Below are positions 26,065 through 36,143 of a DNA stretch of 64,000 nucleotides, in pieces. Below the pieces are notes generated by a model that saw only the letters and a list, made by a program, of their open reading frames with translations, was not told the DNA's origin and did no database searches. The position numbers were made by a program, and so were the translations under genes. Every line of letters begins with the position of its first letter. Position 1 is the stretch's first letter. The stretch comes from a virus. The stretch is taken from positions 11,792 through 75,791 of the IMG/VR virus record IMGVR_UViG_3300031721_000685. One strand, given 5' to 3'.

Positions 26065-27258
26065 TTATGCCGCAACCTCAAGTGCTTTGTCAATTTCCAT
26101 GAAGTCAGTTCTCTCAGCCTTCTTCTTTTTCTTTGGAAGATTAGCAATTACCTTCTCATATGGAATCAACCTACCACCATATACTTCCTGTTCACCCACT
26201 AGCTGTGGAATACACCCCTCAATTGTCCAAGGACGATACTCTGGAATGTTATCTTTGATAAACGGGTCAAGGACGGGCATCACGACTCTTACCAAATTAA
26301 AGCAGTTCTGATAAGCAGTCTCTATTGCATCAACAAAGGTTTGAGTGTTTTTCTTGATATCGGCAGGTTTGCGCTTCTTGCTATAGAGGATGATTCGCAC
26401 TGGGTCAGTGCGTTGTATCTTTATACATGCAGGAACAATAGCGTCTGCCATAAGACGGTCTGCATATCGCATGTTATCAACACATACAACAAATAGATTT
26501 TTATCAAAGTTACCATTAGAATCTTTCTCTTTGTACCTATTTTCCTGTGCCCATGCATCTGCCTTGGGGGTATCCATGAATATAGATAGTTCGTAAGGTG
26601 CATTTCCCAACTCAACAATCTTATTGAGAATTTCCTTTTGTGTGCTTGCTGATAGAAACCGTTCCTTATAATTCATGCGGTCTTCTAACCAAGTGAGTGC
26701 AGAGGCTCTGTCTCCATCAATGATCCCTTCCTTGATAAATTTTACACCTGTCTGGATGTAGTCATCTTTCTTATTAGTCCGTACACTACCAATAAGGTTA
26801 TTTGCCTTCTGTGCTGCTTCTATGAGGTATTGGTACACTTCTTCATCAGTGAGTCCTTCATCTGGCGTATACACTGCAATGGGAATAAATTTAGCACCAC
26901 GTTCAATCGCACCACGAAAACGGCGGCGACCATTGATTGCTTCAATATCTCCATCCTCAGTTTCCATAAACTGTGGTGGTGGACCCTGTTTAGTATCCCA
27001 ATCAAGACGAGTATAGGAATCCTGCATCTCGTTACTCGCTTCTGCTTCGCCATCATCGAAACGAATATTGTACTGTTCTAGATTTTTGTAAAAAGTGCTG
27101 GTGGTGTTGTATTGCCTGATATCCAAAATATAGATATACTGGAACGTAAAGCCAGTATATTTTGGCATTTCCATATCTAGATAGTTTGTGAGGTCTATTG
27201 TGGAATTTGCATCATTGAATGATGGAATTCGGGTGTCTCCGATAAATCGGTTCTTCAT
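26065..27258 (-). CDS. ParB/Srx-like domain protein
   Basis: PPP....DG...INGRRRF (GxxR motif) followed by a helical region; AAGGAG RBS. Confidence 0.5.
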   Translation of the reverse strand: MKNRFIGDTRIPSFNDANSTIDLTNYLDMEMPKYTGFTFQYIYILDIRQYNTTSTFYKNLEQYNIRFDDGEAEASNEMQDSYTRLDWDTKQGPPPQFMETEDGDIEAINGRRRFRGAIERGAKFIPIAVYTPDEGLTDEEVYQYLIEAAQKANNLIGSVRTNKKDDYIQTGVKFIKEGIIDGDRASALTWLEDRMNYKERFLSASTQKEILNKIVELGNAPYELSIFMDTPKADAWAQENRYKEKDSNGNFDKNLFVVCVDNMRYADRLMADAIVPACIKIQRTDPVRIILYSKKRKPADIKKNTQTFVDAIETAYQNCFNLVRVVMPVLDPFIKDNIPEYRPWTIEGCIPQLVGEQEVYGGRLIPYEKVIANLPKKKKKAERTDFMEIDKALEVAA

Positions 27259-27346
27259 GGTCTTTCTCCTTTTGCACCGCCAAAATTAGCGTTGTGCTAC
27301 ACTCCGTGATTGCAACTAGGCTGGGGAATGTAGTTATTTAACTTCT

Positions 27347-27377
27347 TATTTATAACACATTATTCAATGTGTGTCTA
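27347..27377 (-). promoter_or_regulatory. Overlapping sigma70-type and late promoter
   Basis: TAGACA-17bp-TATAAATA. Confidence 0.55.
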
Positions 27378-27384
27378 GAGGTTT

Positions 27385-29877
27385 TTAGAAAAAACTTTCA
27401 AGCGTCGATTGCTCTTCAACTGTCCATCCAACAGCATCAAGAATCAAACGAATCGGCTCAACAAACGTTTTACCATACTGCATATCATAGTCGATAAAAC
27501 GGTGTAAGTCAAACTCTTTTGGTAAAATATCTGGGAATGAGATAACATTTTCACGAATGGGATTAGGCATCTTCAGATAGATGAACTTAATCTTCTCGCC
27601 GTTCTTGATTTCACCAAGACGATTGTTCAGACGATGCTGTTTCAACAGATGATTGTATAGCAGAGAGCCTCGAACATGGATGGGCGTGCCCTTACCGTAT
27701 ATAGCCTTTGCATCAGCGTTCTTTTTTATATCGCTCACACCACGAGGAAACGCAATGTCTTCTGGGTTCTGGCTTGAAAACTCTTTACGGAAGTCAGCAA
27801 TGAATGTCTGAATATCTTTGTTAGTACCAGACATAATCAACTCGAATGCTTCTTTGAAACGGTCACGGCAAATCTGAGGCGTTGAAGACTTGATAGCCTC
27901 AATGCCCATAATCTTCATCTTGGGTTCAGCGTACTGGACGCCCTCATTGTTATGAACGTTCAGAATGTAGCGCTTCTTAGCAGTCCACACGCCACGGTCA
28001 GCAATCGCTTCTCGACCCATAACCATACGATTTTCATAACCACCCATCTGCTTGTAGAGTTTGTCAAACGATTTTGTGATTACAGGCTCAATCGCTTGAG
28101 AGCAGACTTTATCGAGATATTTTACAGTGTCTTCTTTGCTGTTATTTGGGTAGGTCTTCTCTACCAAATCTTTCATATTGAGATAGACAGAATCAGTGTC
28201 AATGGCAATCACATAATCTTTATCTGTTTTCAAAACATTGTTGAGATATTTGTTGATAGACTTCTCAGCGCTTAGCACAGACAGTTGACCAGAGAGCGTG
28301 ATGCCTTCAGCGATGCGCATATCAAAGTAACGGAAGTATTGATTACCTAGCGCACCATAAAGAGAATTTAAGAGAATTTTAATTGCCATCTGCTGGTTCT
28401 CATATCGATTGACGTCACGCTCAACCTCATATGACTTGCCAAACTTCTCAAGTTTCTTCTGTGCTTCAATCATCTTGCTCTTTACTTCAACACGTTCAGA
28501 GTAGTATGCTGTAACGATAGAAGGTAGAACACCACGATGGTTTGTACGAAAATATGTGCCGTTAGCTGCCATTGCATAGTCAGTATCGTTTACGACTTCA
28601 CCAGACAGACACTTGCTGACAGAAGCATTGAAGTTTCTATCGTTCTCAACGATTGTCTCAGGCGACATATTGTATTGCACAATGAGATTAGGATACAGAG
28701 AGTTCAAGTCAAATGAGCATACCCAATCGTGCATACCCACTTGTGGGTCTTTCACATAACCACCAGGATAGTCGCTCTTCATCTTTCCTGCATAGGGTAG
28801 AATGGCAATCTTCTTTTGACAGAGGTTGCGATAGATAATCGTGTCCCAGATGCCAGTTGTGCCGAATGTATCATTGTAGTTGACGCCAGCTTTATAAGCA
28901 ATCGTCATCGCAAGTACAATCAGCCCCATCTTGTCTTCAAGACGGTCTACAAGTTGAACGTCTTTGATATTGTAATCAATAAATTTCTGATGATCTTCTT
29001 TGTAAAGCGTGTATAGATTGCCATATTCTTCATAAGACAACTTACGCTCACCAAGTACGACATAAGCAATGTGGTCTAGTCGATAAGATGCTTGTGTGCC
29101 ATATGAATAGCCAAACTTCTGAAACAAGTCCAGATAGTCTAGTTGAGAGATGCCAGTCATCTCATACGTATTCATTTCTTTCATCTTGTAGCGAACAGAT
29201 TTCTGCTCAACCATCTCCCACGGAGACATTTTCTTTGTTAGCTTTTCGCCAATCACACGATGCATACGATTGATGATGTATGGCACATCGAAGAATCGAA
29301 CGTTCCAACCCGTGACAACATCTGGCTTCAGATTTGACCAGAACAGCAAAAACTTCTCAAGTAATTCCTTCTCATCACGACAGTACATATACTGAACTTT
29401 AGAAACAATCGACTTTGATGTATCATATTCGCCGAGACCCCAGACATAGTAGTTCTCATCTTTGTTAGACTTGAGAGCAATAGAGATTACTGGGTGATTT
29501 GCTTGGTCTGGCTCTGGGAAGCCCTCGTCAGATGCGACTTCAATATCAATATTCACAATGTTGACTAGATTTGAATCAAACTCGACCTCATCAGGCCAGC
29601 GTTCTTGAATGTATTGACTAATATATTTTGTGTTGCCATAGACGTTGAACCCATCGACACCGGTGTACATCTCCATGAACTGCTTTGCTTCACGCATAGA
29701 GTCGAACTTCATGGGTTCTACGTTGACGCCATCAAGGGCTTTCCAGTCGCTCTCATTCTGCGATTGAGCATAGAGTGTGGGCTGAAACTTAATCTTCTGC
29801 TGAATGGGCGACCCGTTACGATACCCACGATATAGAAGGTTCTGACCGTAACGTGAGACATTTGTATAGAAGTTCAT
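27385..29877 (-). CDS. 43: Family B DNA polymerase (gp43)
   Basis: DIEV, GWN..FD, YN..D exonuclease motifs; FDLNSLYP, KILLNSLYG, IDTDS, KKRY. No intein or intron seen. Confidence 0.98.
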   Translation of the reverse strand: MNFYTNVSRYGQNLLYRGYRNGSPIQQKIKFQPTLYAQSQNESDWKALDGVNVEPMKFDSMREAKQFMEMYTGVDGFNVYGNTKYISQYIQERWPDEVEFDSNLVNIVNIDIEVASDEGFPEPDQANHPVISIALKSNKDENYYVWGLGEYDTSKSIVSKVQYMYCRDEKELLEKFLLFWSNLKPDVVTGWNVRFFDVPYIINRMHRVIGEKLTKKMSPWEMVEQKSVRYKMKEMNTYEMTGISQLDYLDLFQKFGYSYGTQASYRLDHIAYVVLGERKLSYEEYGNLYTLYKEDHQKFIDYNIKDVQLVDRLEDKMGLIVLAMTIAYKAGVNYNDTFGTTGIWDTIIYRNLCQKKIAILPYAGKMKSDYPGGYVKDPQVGMHDWVCSFDLNSLYPNLIVQYNMSPETIVENDRNFNASVSKCLSGEVVNDTDYAMAANGTYFRTNHRGVLPSIVTAYYSERVEVKSKMIEAQKKLEKFGKSYEVERDVNRYENQQMAIKILLNSLYGALGNQYFRYFDMRIAEGITLSGQLSVLSAEKSINKYLNNVLKTDKDYVIAIDTDSVYLNMKDLVEKTYPNNSKEDTVKYLDKVCSQAIEPVITKSFDKLYKQMGGYENRMVMGREAIADRGVWTAKKRYILNVHNNEGVQYAEPKMKIMGIEAIKSSTPQICRDRFKEAFELIMSGTNKDIQTFIADFRKEFSSQNPEDIAFPRGVSDIKKNADAKAIYGKGTPIHVRGSLLYNHLLKQHRLNNRLGEIKNGEKIKFIYLKMPNPIRENVISFPDILPKEFDLHRFIDYDMQYGKTFVEPIRLILDAVGWTVEEQSTLESFF

Positions 29878-29900
29878 GCATATCTCCAAAGTGAATAGAC

Positions 29901-29929
29901 ATTATATCTCATATTCAGAGGTATGTCAA
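29901..29929 (-). promoter_or_regulatory. Sigma70-type promoter for gp43
   Basis: Perfect TTGACA-17bp-TATAAT. Confidence 0.75.
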
Positions 29930-29949
29930 GCTAAAAGCTTTTTCAACAT

Positions 29950-31659
29950 CTATGCTGCAATCCTAGAAAAGTTCTTTACCTTCTCAAAACGAAGAGTGCT
30001 ATCGAACTTGTCAATCAACTGGTCAGTCTTGTGACTGATAACAAACACGTTAGAGTCGCCAGTGATATCAGTCAAAATTTTCATGAATTCTTCTGTGCCA
30101 TTAGCATCAAGAGAGCCATCGAATACCTCATCCATAATCAACAGATTGGTCGAAACAGAGTTGCGTAGCTTTGAGACTGTTCGCCATGTGAATAGCAGAG
30201 CCAGATCAATACGCATTTTCTCACCCTCAGAGAACGACTCATATGAAAACTCATCACGAAAGCGAGAACGAATCGTTTCATTGAACTGCTCATCAAGCTC
30301 AAACTGGACGAAGAAATCCATCTCAGCAAGATACTTGTTGATTAGCTTGTTGATAATAGGCACGTATTGACGAATGATCTGTGTCTTGATACCACCATCT
30401 TTGAGTAGATTAGCAACAACGCCCATCGTATCACGGTCAATCGTTAAATCACGATGGTCATCATTGTATCCCTCAAGTTCATTATGTAACGATTCAATTG
30501 TGCTAGTATCAATAGACTCCGCTTCTTTTTGTGCGTTTGTCAACTCAGTCTTCAGAGAAATAATATTGCGCTCATTAGAAGCATAGGTAGCATTCTTAGC
30601 ACTCATATCAAAACCATGTTGATTGACATGACCATGAACTTCGCCAATCTCAGTCTTACGATTTTCTACAGAGGTAAGCTCATTCTCCATCACATCAAGA
30701 CCATTTTCAATATCGTCTTGTTTGATACGTTTTTTAGATACAATGTTTATTTTGTGCCCATCATCTATATCTTGCTTACATACAGGACATTCATCATTGT
30801 CTTTATAGAACTGAAGTTCTTTTGCTATCTCTTTGACCTTAGAACGAAGGTTCTTATCCCAGCGAACTAGTTCCATATACTTCTTATTTACAGACTTCTC
30901 ATCGCTAATAGATTTTTTCAATTCACCAATTGAAATCTCCATCTCTTTTACATCATCAAGAAGGATACTATTGTCTTTGATTAACTCTTCAATACGAGAT
31001 TGAGTCTTCTCAGCATCAGCTCGTTTCATTTTCAAAATAGAATCGTTATGCTTGTTCGCAGAAGCAATGCGGTCTGTAGTCAAATCAATTTGATATTTGA
31101 TGTTCTGTAAATCGGTCTTGTTTTGTGTGATACGTTCCTTGAGCAGAACGTTCATCTTGGTGAAAATTTGAATGTCGAGAAGGTCTTCAATAATTTCTCG
31201 ACGATGTGCTGCTGGTAGCTGCATGAAAGGAACAAAAGTGCTGCTACCAAGCACAACAATCTGACCAAACGATTTGAAATTCAGCTTCAGGATGTTCTGC
31301 TCAAGATGACTCTGATAATCTTTGTTTGCCCCATCCTGATTTAGAAGATTAGCATTCTTGTATACTTCAAAGATATTGGGTTTGATGCCACGACGAATCA
31401 TATATTCATCACGCCCAATGTTAAAGTCTAACTCAATAAGCAAGTCTTTTTGATTGATACTGTTAAGTAGCTGTGGTTTGTTTACCTTACGAAAGGGCTT
31501 ACCATAGAGAGCAAACGAAAGCGCATCTAGAATTGTAGATTTACCAGCGCCATTTTCACCAACAATCAGAGTCGTCTTTTGACTGTTGAGTGAGATTGTA
31601 GTGAAAGCATTGCCAGTTGATAGAATGTTTTGATATCGTATAGTTTTAAACTCAATCAT
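29950..31659 (-). CDS. 46: Recombination nuclease ATPase subunit (gp46, Rad50/SbcC-like)
   Basis: GENGAGKS, CPVC hook, FSEGEK, IMDEVFD, SH. Confidence 0.96.
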   Translation of the reverse strand: MIEFKTIRYQNILSTGNAFTTISLNSQKTTLIVGENGAGKSTILDALSFALYGKPFRKVNKPQLLNSINQKDLLIELDFNIGRDEYMIRRGIKPNIFEVYKNANLLNQDGANKDYQSHLEQNILKLNFKSFGQIVVLGSSTFVPFMQLPAAHRREIIEDLLDIQIFTKMNVLLKERITQNKTDLQNIKYQIDLTTDRIASANKHNDSILKMKRADAEKTQSRIEELIKDNSILLDDVKEMEISIGELKKSISDEKSVNKKYMELVRWDKNLRSKVKEIAKELQFYKDNDECPVCKQDIDDGHKINIVSKKRIKQDDIENGLDVMENELTSVENRKTEIGEVHGHVNQHGFDMSAKNATYASNERNIISLKTELTNAQKEAESIDTSTIESLHNELEGYNDDHRDLTIDRDTMGVVANLLKDGGIKTQIIRQYVPIINKLINKYLAEMDFFVQFELDEQFNETIRSRFRDEFSYESFSEGEKMRIDLALLFTWRTVSKLRNSVSTNLLIMDEVFDGSLDANGTEEFMKILTDITGDSNVFVISHKTDQLIDKFDSTLRFEKVKNFSRIAA

Positions 31660-32723
31660 AAATTCACTGCCTCAGTATATAATGATGCCACAATATCGGT
31701 CACACGACCTTTATTATTACGAATCTCTAGCCCATCAACATACTTGTTTAGAATAGTCAGAGTGTCTTCGGCCTCATCAATCAGATTGTCCTCGTCAACA
31801 ATATCAAGATTCATATGGTCCTCAACTGTCTTGATATCAGCACATCCCATATCAATTAGCTTGTTCATCCATAAATCAAACAAATAAGGATTAGACTTGT
31901 TCTTTACTATAACCTTTACGTAGCTATTTGTCAACTCTTTTTCGAATTTTAAATCTCCAATGTCATTCAATGACATATTCGTGTCATCATACCACAGCTT
32001 GTGAAATAGGCAATGAGGATTTTGAATGAACTCTAACTCTCGTGTATTAGTGTCTAGAATATGAAAACCACGAGGATCATCATAGTCACTCCAAGTCATT
32101 TGATAGGGAGTACCTAAATACGAAATATTACCGTGGGTAGACTTATGATGGAAATGACCAGACAGTACCATATCAAACTTACTAAAAATATTTTTATCAA
32201 GTCCGTTATGGTTAACTGCACCTCGATACATTTCAAATCCTTGTATCTCAAAATGTCCCATAAGAATTTGAGCATCTGTTTCCTCAATCGCTTTCATTGT
32301 TACTTCATAGTTCTCATCGCAAATCCACGGCACAAGTAGCACCTTCAAACCATCATAGTTTCTCTCTACAGGCTTCTCCCAGTAACAACCAAAGTTGTAG
32401 AATGAATGCCCATACAACTGACCCATACTGTTAATTTCATTCGTGTTTTTGAAATATACGTCATGATTGCCAATAATCATATCAGTTGGGATATTACGCT
32501 CGTGAATAGGTTTGATTAGATGTTCTTCTAGTTGGGAACTAGTGACGAAATTAATATACTTTCGACGATCACACACATCGCCAAGATGAATAACACGGTC
32601 AATATTATGAGTATCGATGTACGGAAAGAACTGCTCGTCAAAAAAAGAATTAATGTGATCAGCAATAATACGATTGTCATTACGGACTCCGAAGTGAGTA
32701 TCAGTTACGATAGCAATTTTCAT
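31656..32723 (-). CDS. 47: Recombination nuclease subunit (gp47, Mre11/SbcD-like)
   Basis: DTHFG, LGD, GNHD, GH, SGHFH. Confidence 0.96.
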   Translation of the reverse strand: MKIAIVTDTHFGVRNDNRIIADHINSFFDEQFFPYIDTHNIDRVIHLGDVCDRRKYINFVTSSQLEEHLIKPIHERNIPTDMIIGNHDVYFKNTNEINSMGQLYGHSFYNFGCYWEKPVERNYDGLKVLLVPWICDENYEVTMKAIEETDAQILMGHFEIQGFEMYRGAVNHNGLDKNIFSKFDMVLSGHFHHKSTHGNISYLGTPYQMTWSDYDDPRGFHILDTNTRELEFIQNPHCLFHKLWYDDTNMSLNDIGDLKFEKELTNSYVKVIVKNKSNPYLFDLWMNKLIDMGCADIKTVEDHMNLDIVDEDNLIDEAEDTLTILNKYVDGLEIRNNKGRVTDIVASLYTEAVNL

Positions 32724-33286
32724 TCTTCGTTCTCTTCCTCATCATCATAAAACAACTCAACACCACTCTTCTTTTTTATTTTAGGAATCTTCTTTTTCTC
32801 AAGATTTTTCTCAAATTCCTCAACGAAGTTGTTCATATAATCAGTAGCTTGCGAACTTTGATTGTTGGATAAGTCTGCACCAGAACTATCATCATATAGT
32901 TCGCCCATCACCGCCATCGATGTGTACATCTTCTGCTTTGTGTATAACTGCGTCTTCTCCTTTGCGATTCTTCGAAGGAACGCATAGTAAATGATTTGCG
33001 TAAAATACGCAAAGGGATTGGCAGACTTCGCTGGGTCAAAGTTGTTTAGCGCTCTAATAGCATTCTCAATGCCATCTGCGACCATCTCTTCACGAAATGG
33101 ATAGTTGATGAAGTTAGGTTTGTATGCGAGCCTCGTCGAGATGTCTATCATGCAGCGCCCAATGTAATCGGGAATAATCGGACGGGATTCGCCCGAATCT
33201 TCAGCATCGATGCGGGCTTGACGATATTCCACCATCACTTCAAAAAACTTTTTATTGTCGATATATTGATTCTTGCTTTTAGCCAT
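32720..33286 (-). CDS. 55: Late-transcription sigma factor (gp55)
   Basis: YIDNK.F, PNFINY.FREEM..DGIE, NPFAYFTQI.YYAFLRRI.KEK.Q. Confidence 0.96.
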   Translation of the reverse strand: MAKSKNQYIDNKKFFEVMVEYRQARIDAEDSGESRPIIPDYIGRCMIDISTRLAYKPNFINYPFREEMVADGIENAIRALNNFDPAKSANPFAYFTQIIYYAFLRRIAKEKTQLYTKQKMYTSMAVMGELYDDSSGADLSNNQSSQATDYMNNFVEEFEKNLEKKKIPKIKKKSGVELFYDDEEENEE

Positions 33287-33320
33287 TGAATCTTTTCCAC
33301 TTTTTATATTCACTACTATT

Positions 33321-33349
33321 AATATATACTAAAACGTGACGTGTGTCAA
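33321..33349 (-). promoter_or_regulatory. Sigma70-type promoter for gp55-47-46
   Basis: TTGACA-17bp-TATATT. Confidence 0.65.
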
Positions 33350-33373
33350 CCTAAATTATTATTAATAAAAGTA

Positions 33374-33401
33374 TTGACATTATTTTAAAATGCTGTATAA
33401 T
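33374..33401 (+). promoter_or_regulatory. Orphan plus-strand sigma70-type promoter, antisense to the uvsW operon
   Basis: TTGACA-16bp-TATAAT with no plus-strand gene downstream. Confidence 0.55.
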
Positions 33402-33431
33402 AGCATTATGCTTATTGATAATAATAGATGA

Positions 33432-33800
33432 TTAGTTATAGCGATTCTTATCTGGTGCTATCAACTGTTCGAAGACATCATCAACCAAAGAATCAGTTTC
33501 GTTAACGCTAGTGTGGTAAGATTCAAGAGCAGCAGTATTGACTTTCTTAGCCTCATACATATATGTATGATAGTAGTATTCAGCGAGTTCGTTTGCTTTA
33601 CCCAAATTACTGAGTATATTGTCCTTAGATATATATGTAGTATTATTGACAACTAAGCTCATCCAATGCTTCATGGCTACTCCAGCATTTGGATTGAAAA
33701 CAACAGTGCAAGGGTCTTCAATGATATATCCTGTTTCAGATTCGTCTGTTACCAATGCGAAGATGTCTTCACCACTTATAAGTTTAAACACATATAGCAT
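33432..33800 (-). CDS. Sm-like conserved protein downstream of uvsW
   Basis: FKLISGEDI....., IEDP, HW; occupies the usual position between uvsW and gp55. Confidence 0.7.
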   Translation of the reverse strand: MLYVFKLISGEDIFALVTDESETGYIIEDPCTVVFNPNAGVAMKHWMSLVVNNTTYISKDNILSNLGKANELAEYYYHTYMYEAKKVNTAALESYHTSVNETDSLVDDVFEQLIAPDKNRYN

Positions 33801-33802
33801 GT

Positions 33803-35260
33803 TTATTCCTTTATTTCAACGTTGTACAGTTTCAATTTAAAGCCCTCTTTTGAATATGTATCTACTCTCTCCATGAAGTGTTTTAACGCAAAGTTTCTCT
33901 TCTTTTTGTAAGCCAAGTCATCTACAATATCGTATAAGGTGGCTTTCTCTTTGCTTTCATGAGTTCTAAGTCCTCGGCCGATAGATTGAAGATTACGGAT
34001 CCTAGACTTTGAAGGAGACGCAAAAACAATATTATGCAGATTACGTATATTGATACCAGTAGAATAAGTACCATAACTGGCAAGAATAATAGTATCGCTA
34101 CTGTCTTCAACAAGCCTTCTAATATTTTCTCTCTCATTTGAATCGACTCCACCGTATACGAAATGAACTTCTTTATCACCTGATTGAAGCATTGGATGTA
34201 ACAACTTACCATGCTTCTCAACGAACTGAAAGAGTATGAGTGTATTACCCTTTAGACTCCATGCGAGATTGCGAATAAACTTGTTTCGTGCTTCATTTGT
34301 AACAATAAAATCAATCTCTTCTTGATATGTTTTGTTACGAATTAGCTTTCTTGTAGCATCAGAATATTCTAATACGATGCCCTTAATCTCAAGGTCTGCT
34401 AGAATATTCTGATCCATCAACTCTGATGTACTGACAACTTGTTTTACTGTTCCGAATAAACCCTCTAATACTAATTTATGCGTTGTTGTTCCGTCAAGTG
34501 TGCCAGTGAAACCATAGCGATATCTACAATCGTCCATTTTAGATAGGATATTAGTTAGGGATTTTGCTTTGAATAGATGTGCTTCATCGCCAATCACAAC
34601 ATCATATGATTGAAACCATGGCTTCTTTAGCTTATGAATCGACTGCCATGTTGTAACAACTATCTTATTATCTATATCTTTCTCAGCACCCGCCATAATC
34701 TTGTGTATGTCCATTGGCTGATTATTGTTGTATTCAACAAAGTCTGATGCCATTTGGTGAACGAGTGATGTAGTCGGTACAATGATAAGAATTCTTCTAT
34801 CTTGCGCAATATGCCATTGTGTAAGTAAATATATGATAAAAGATTTGCCACTACCAGTAGGCGATAGAAGCAACTTACGCTCTGAGTTTAAACATTCTAC
34901 GAACGCTTCATTCTGATAGTCTCTTAATTCGTATGGTGCTTTGACCAGGGTTGCTAAAGCATAGCCAGATTTTTCGCCATATTTAGCTATTGGTTTCCAT
35001 TTTTCTGATACGACACATTCATAGCTTCTATCATTACAGAACGATACTACATAAGGTAATAGGCCAGCGTAAAGCAGTCTTGTCATATTGTTAAGCAGTC
35101 GTATTTTTCCGTCCCACATTTTATTGCGATACGCAGGAGAAAACTTCGCTCCGGGAACATCAAACTCAAAATACTGAGACATTTCCATAATCACAGACGC
35201 TTCAGCATCGATGCGAAGATATACCTCATTGTGCTTTTCAATATGAACCGTATCTATCAA
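33803..35260 (-). CDS. uvsW: SF2 helicase UvsW
   Basis: WDGKIRL, LRDYQ, SPTGSGKS, GDEAH, GFTGT, QSIGRGLR. Confidence 0.97.
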   Translation of the reverse strand: MIDTVHIEKHNEVYLRIDAEASVIMEMSQYFEFDVPGAKFSPAYRNKMWDGKIRLLNNMTRLLYAGLLPYVVSFCNDRSYECVVSEKWKPIAKYGEKSGYALATLVKAPYELRDYQNEAFVECLNSERKLLLSPTGSGKSFIIYLLTQWHIAQDRRILIIVPTTSLVHQMASDFVEYNNNQPMDIHKIMAGAEKDIDNKIVVTTWQSIHKLKKPWFQSYDVVIGDEAHLFKAKSLTNILSKMDDCRYRYGFTGTLDGTTTHKLVLEGLFGTVKQVVSTSELMDQNILADLEIKGIVLEYSDATRKLIRNKTYQEEIDFIVTNEARNKFIRNLAWSLKGNTLILFQFVEKHGKLLHPMLQSGDKEVHFVYGGVDSNERENIRRLVEDSSDTIILASYGTYSTGINIRNLHNIVFASPSKSRIRNLQSIGRGLRTHESKEKATLYDIVDDLAYKKKRNFALKHFMERVDTYSKEGFKLKLYNVEIKE

Positions 35261-35324
35261 AATTTAAATACCCACCATTTCCAACTATACTAAGCATACA
35301 TAATATATATGCAAACTCAATTAG

Positions 35325-35639
35325 CTAAAATCCTATGCTTTCGCCACATCCACAAGTCGATTTTACTTTTGGATTATCAATTACGAAACTTTGTGAAAAT
35401 AGAGTATATTGATAATCCAATGTAGAATCTTGGAGATACATCATACTAAAAGAATCAGTAACAGCACCCTCTCCTATGTCAACATCGTCATCTTGTCTAT
35501 TTGTCACATCAAAAATGTATTTGAATCCAGTGCAACCACCTCCTTGTAGTTCAACACGAAATACTCTATCTTCAGGTTGCGATTGAATACCATTTAGTAT
35601 CACATCAATTTTATCTAGTGCTGTTTGTGTTACAATCAT
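35325..35639 (-). CDS. A-type Fe-S cluster carrier (IscA/SufA/HesB family)
   Basis: GGGCTGFKY, NP....CGCGES. Confidence 0.92.
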   Translation of the reverse strand: MIVTQTALDKIDVILNGIQSQPEDRVFRVELQGGGCTGFKYIFDVTNRQDDDVDIGEGAVTDSFSMMYLQDSTLDYQYTLFSQSFVIDNPKVKSTCGCGESIGF

Positions 35640-35702
35640 TGATTTATCTCCAATCTTGACTATTTTTGTATTTAGATTCTAAAAAAGATGTAAGGACCTA
35701 CA

Positions 35703-36140
35703 TTAGATTGCCCCAGTTCTAAACTTTTCAAAATTTATCATATTGGTAATCAAAAATCCACGATTGTTAATCGATTTGATGATATTCTCTAACAAGTCCA
35801 CCTTCTCTGTTGCATCGCCAATCTTTAGTTTCATTTTGATAATGAAAGAGTCTGCTTCTAGAAGGTCTTTCTGATAACCCTTTGGCGTTCGTTTGAGATT
35901 AGGTTCCCAACCATATTCTTTCAAGTCTTCTTCTGCCATCGACCCATCATGCCATTCTGTTCTTAACACTTTGAGACGTTTTAAATCTGCTTCCATCTTG
36001 CGTTGCACACTATGCTCGTATGTATAATATCTGTAATACTTGGCGTGCAACTTAGGTATCTTTCTCGCTTCTTCAGTTAAGTTAGAAGGGTTCATATCAG
36101 TATCTTTTTCCCATTCAACATGAATGTCATCGATGTTCAT
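35703..36140 (-). CDS. uvsY: Recombination mediator UvsY
   Basis: W.KD, IPKLHAKY, I.NRGF.I.N.I.F.KF..G; synteny. Confidence 0.9.
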   Translation of the reverse strand: MNIDDIHVEWEKDTDMNPSNLTEEARKIPKLHAKYYRYYTYEHSVQRKMEADLKRLKVLRTEWHDGSMAEEDLKEYGWEPNLKRTPKGYQKDLLEADSFIIKMKLKIGDATEKVDLLENIIKSINNRGFLITNMINFEKFRTGAI

Positions 36141-36143
36141 TAT

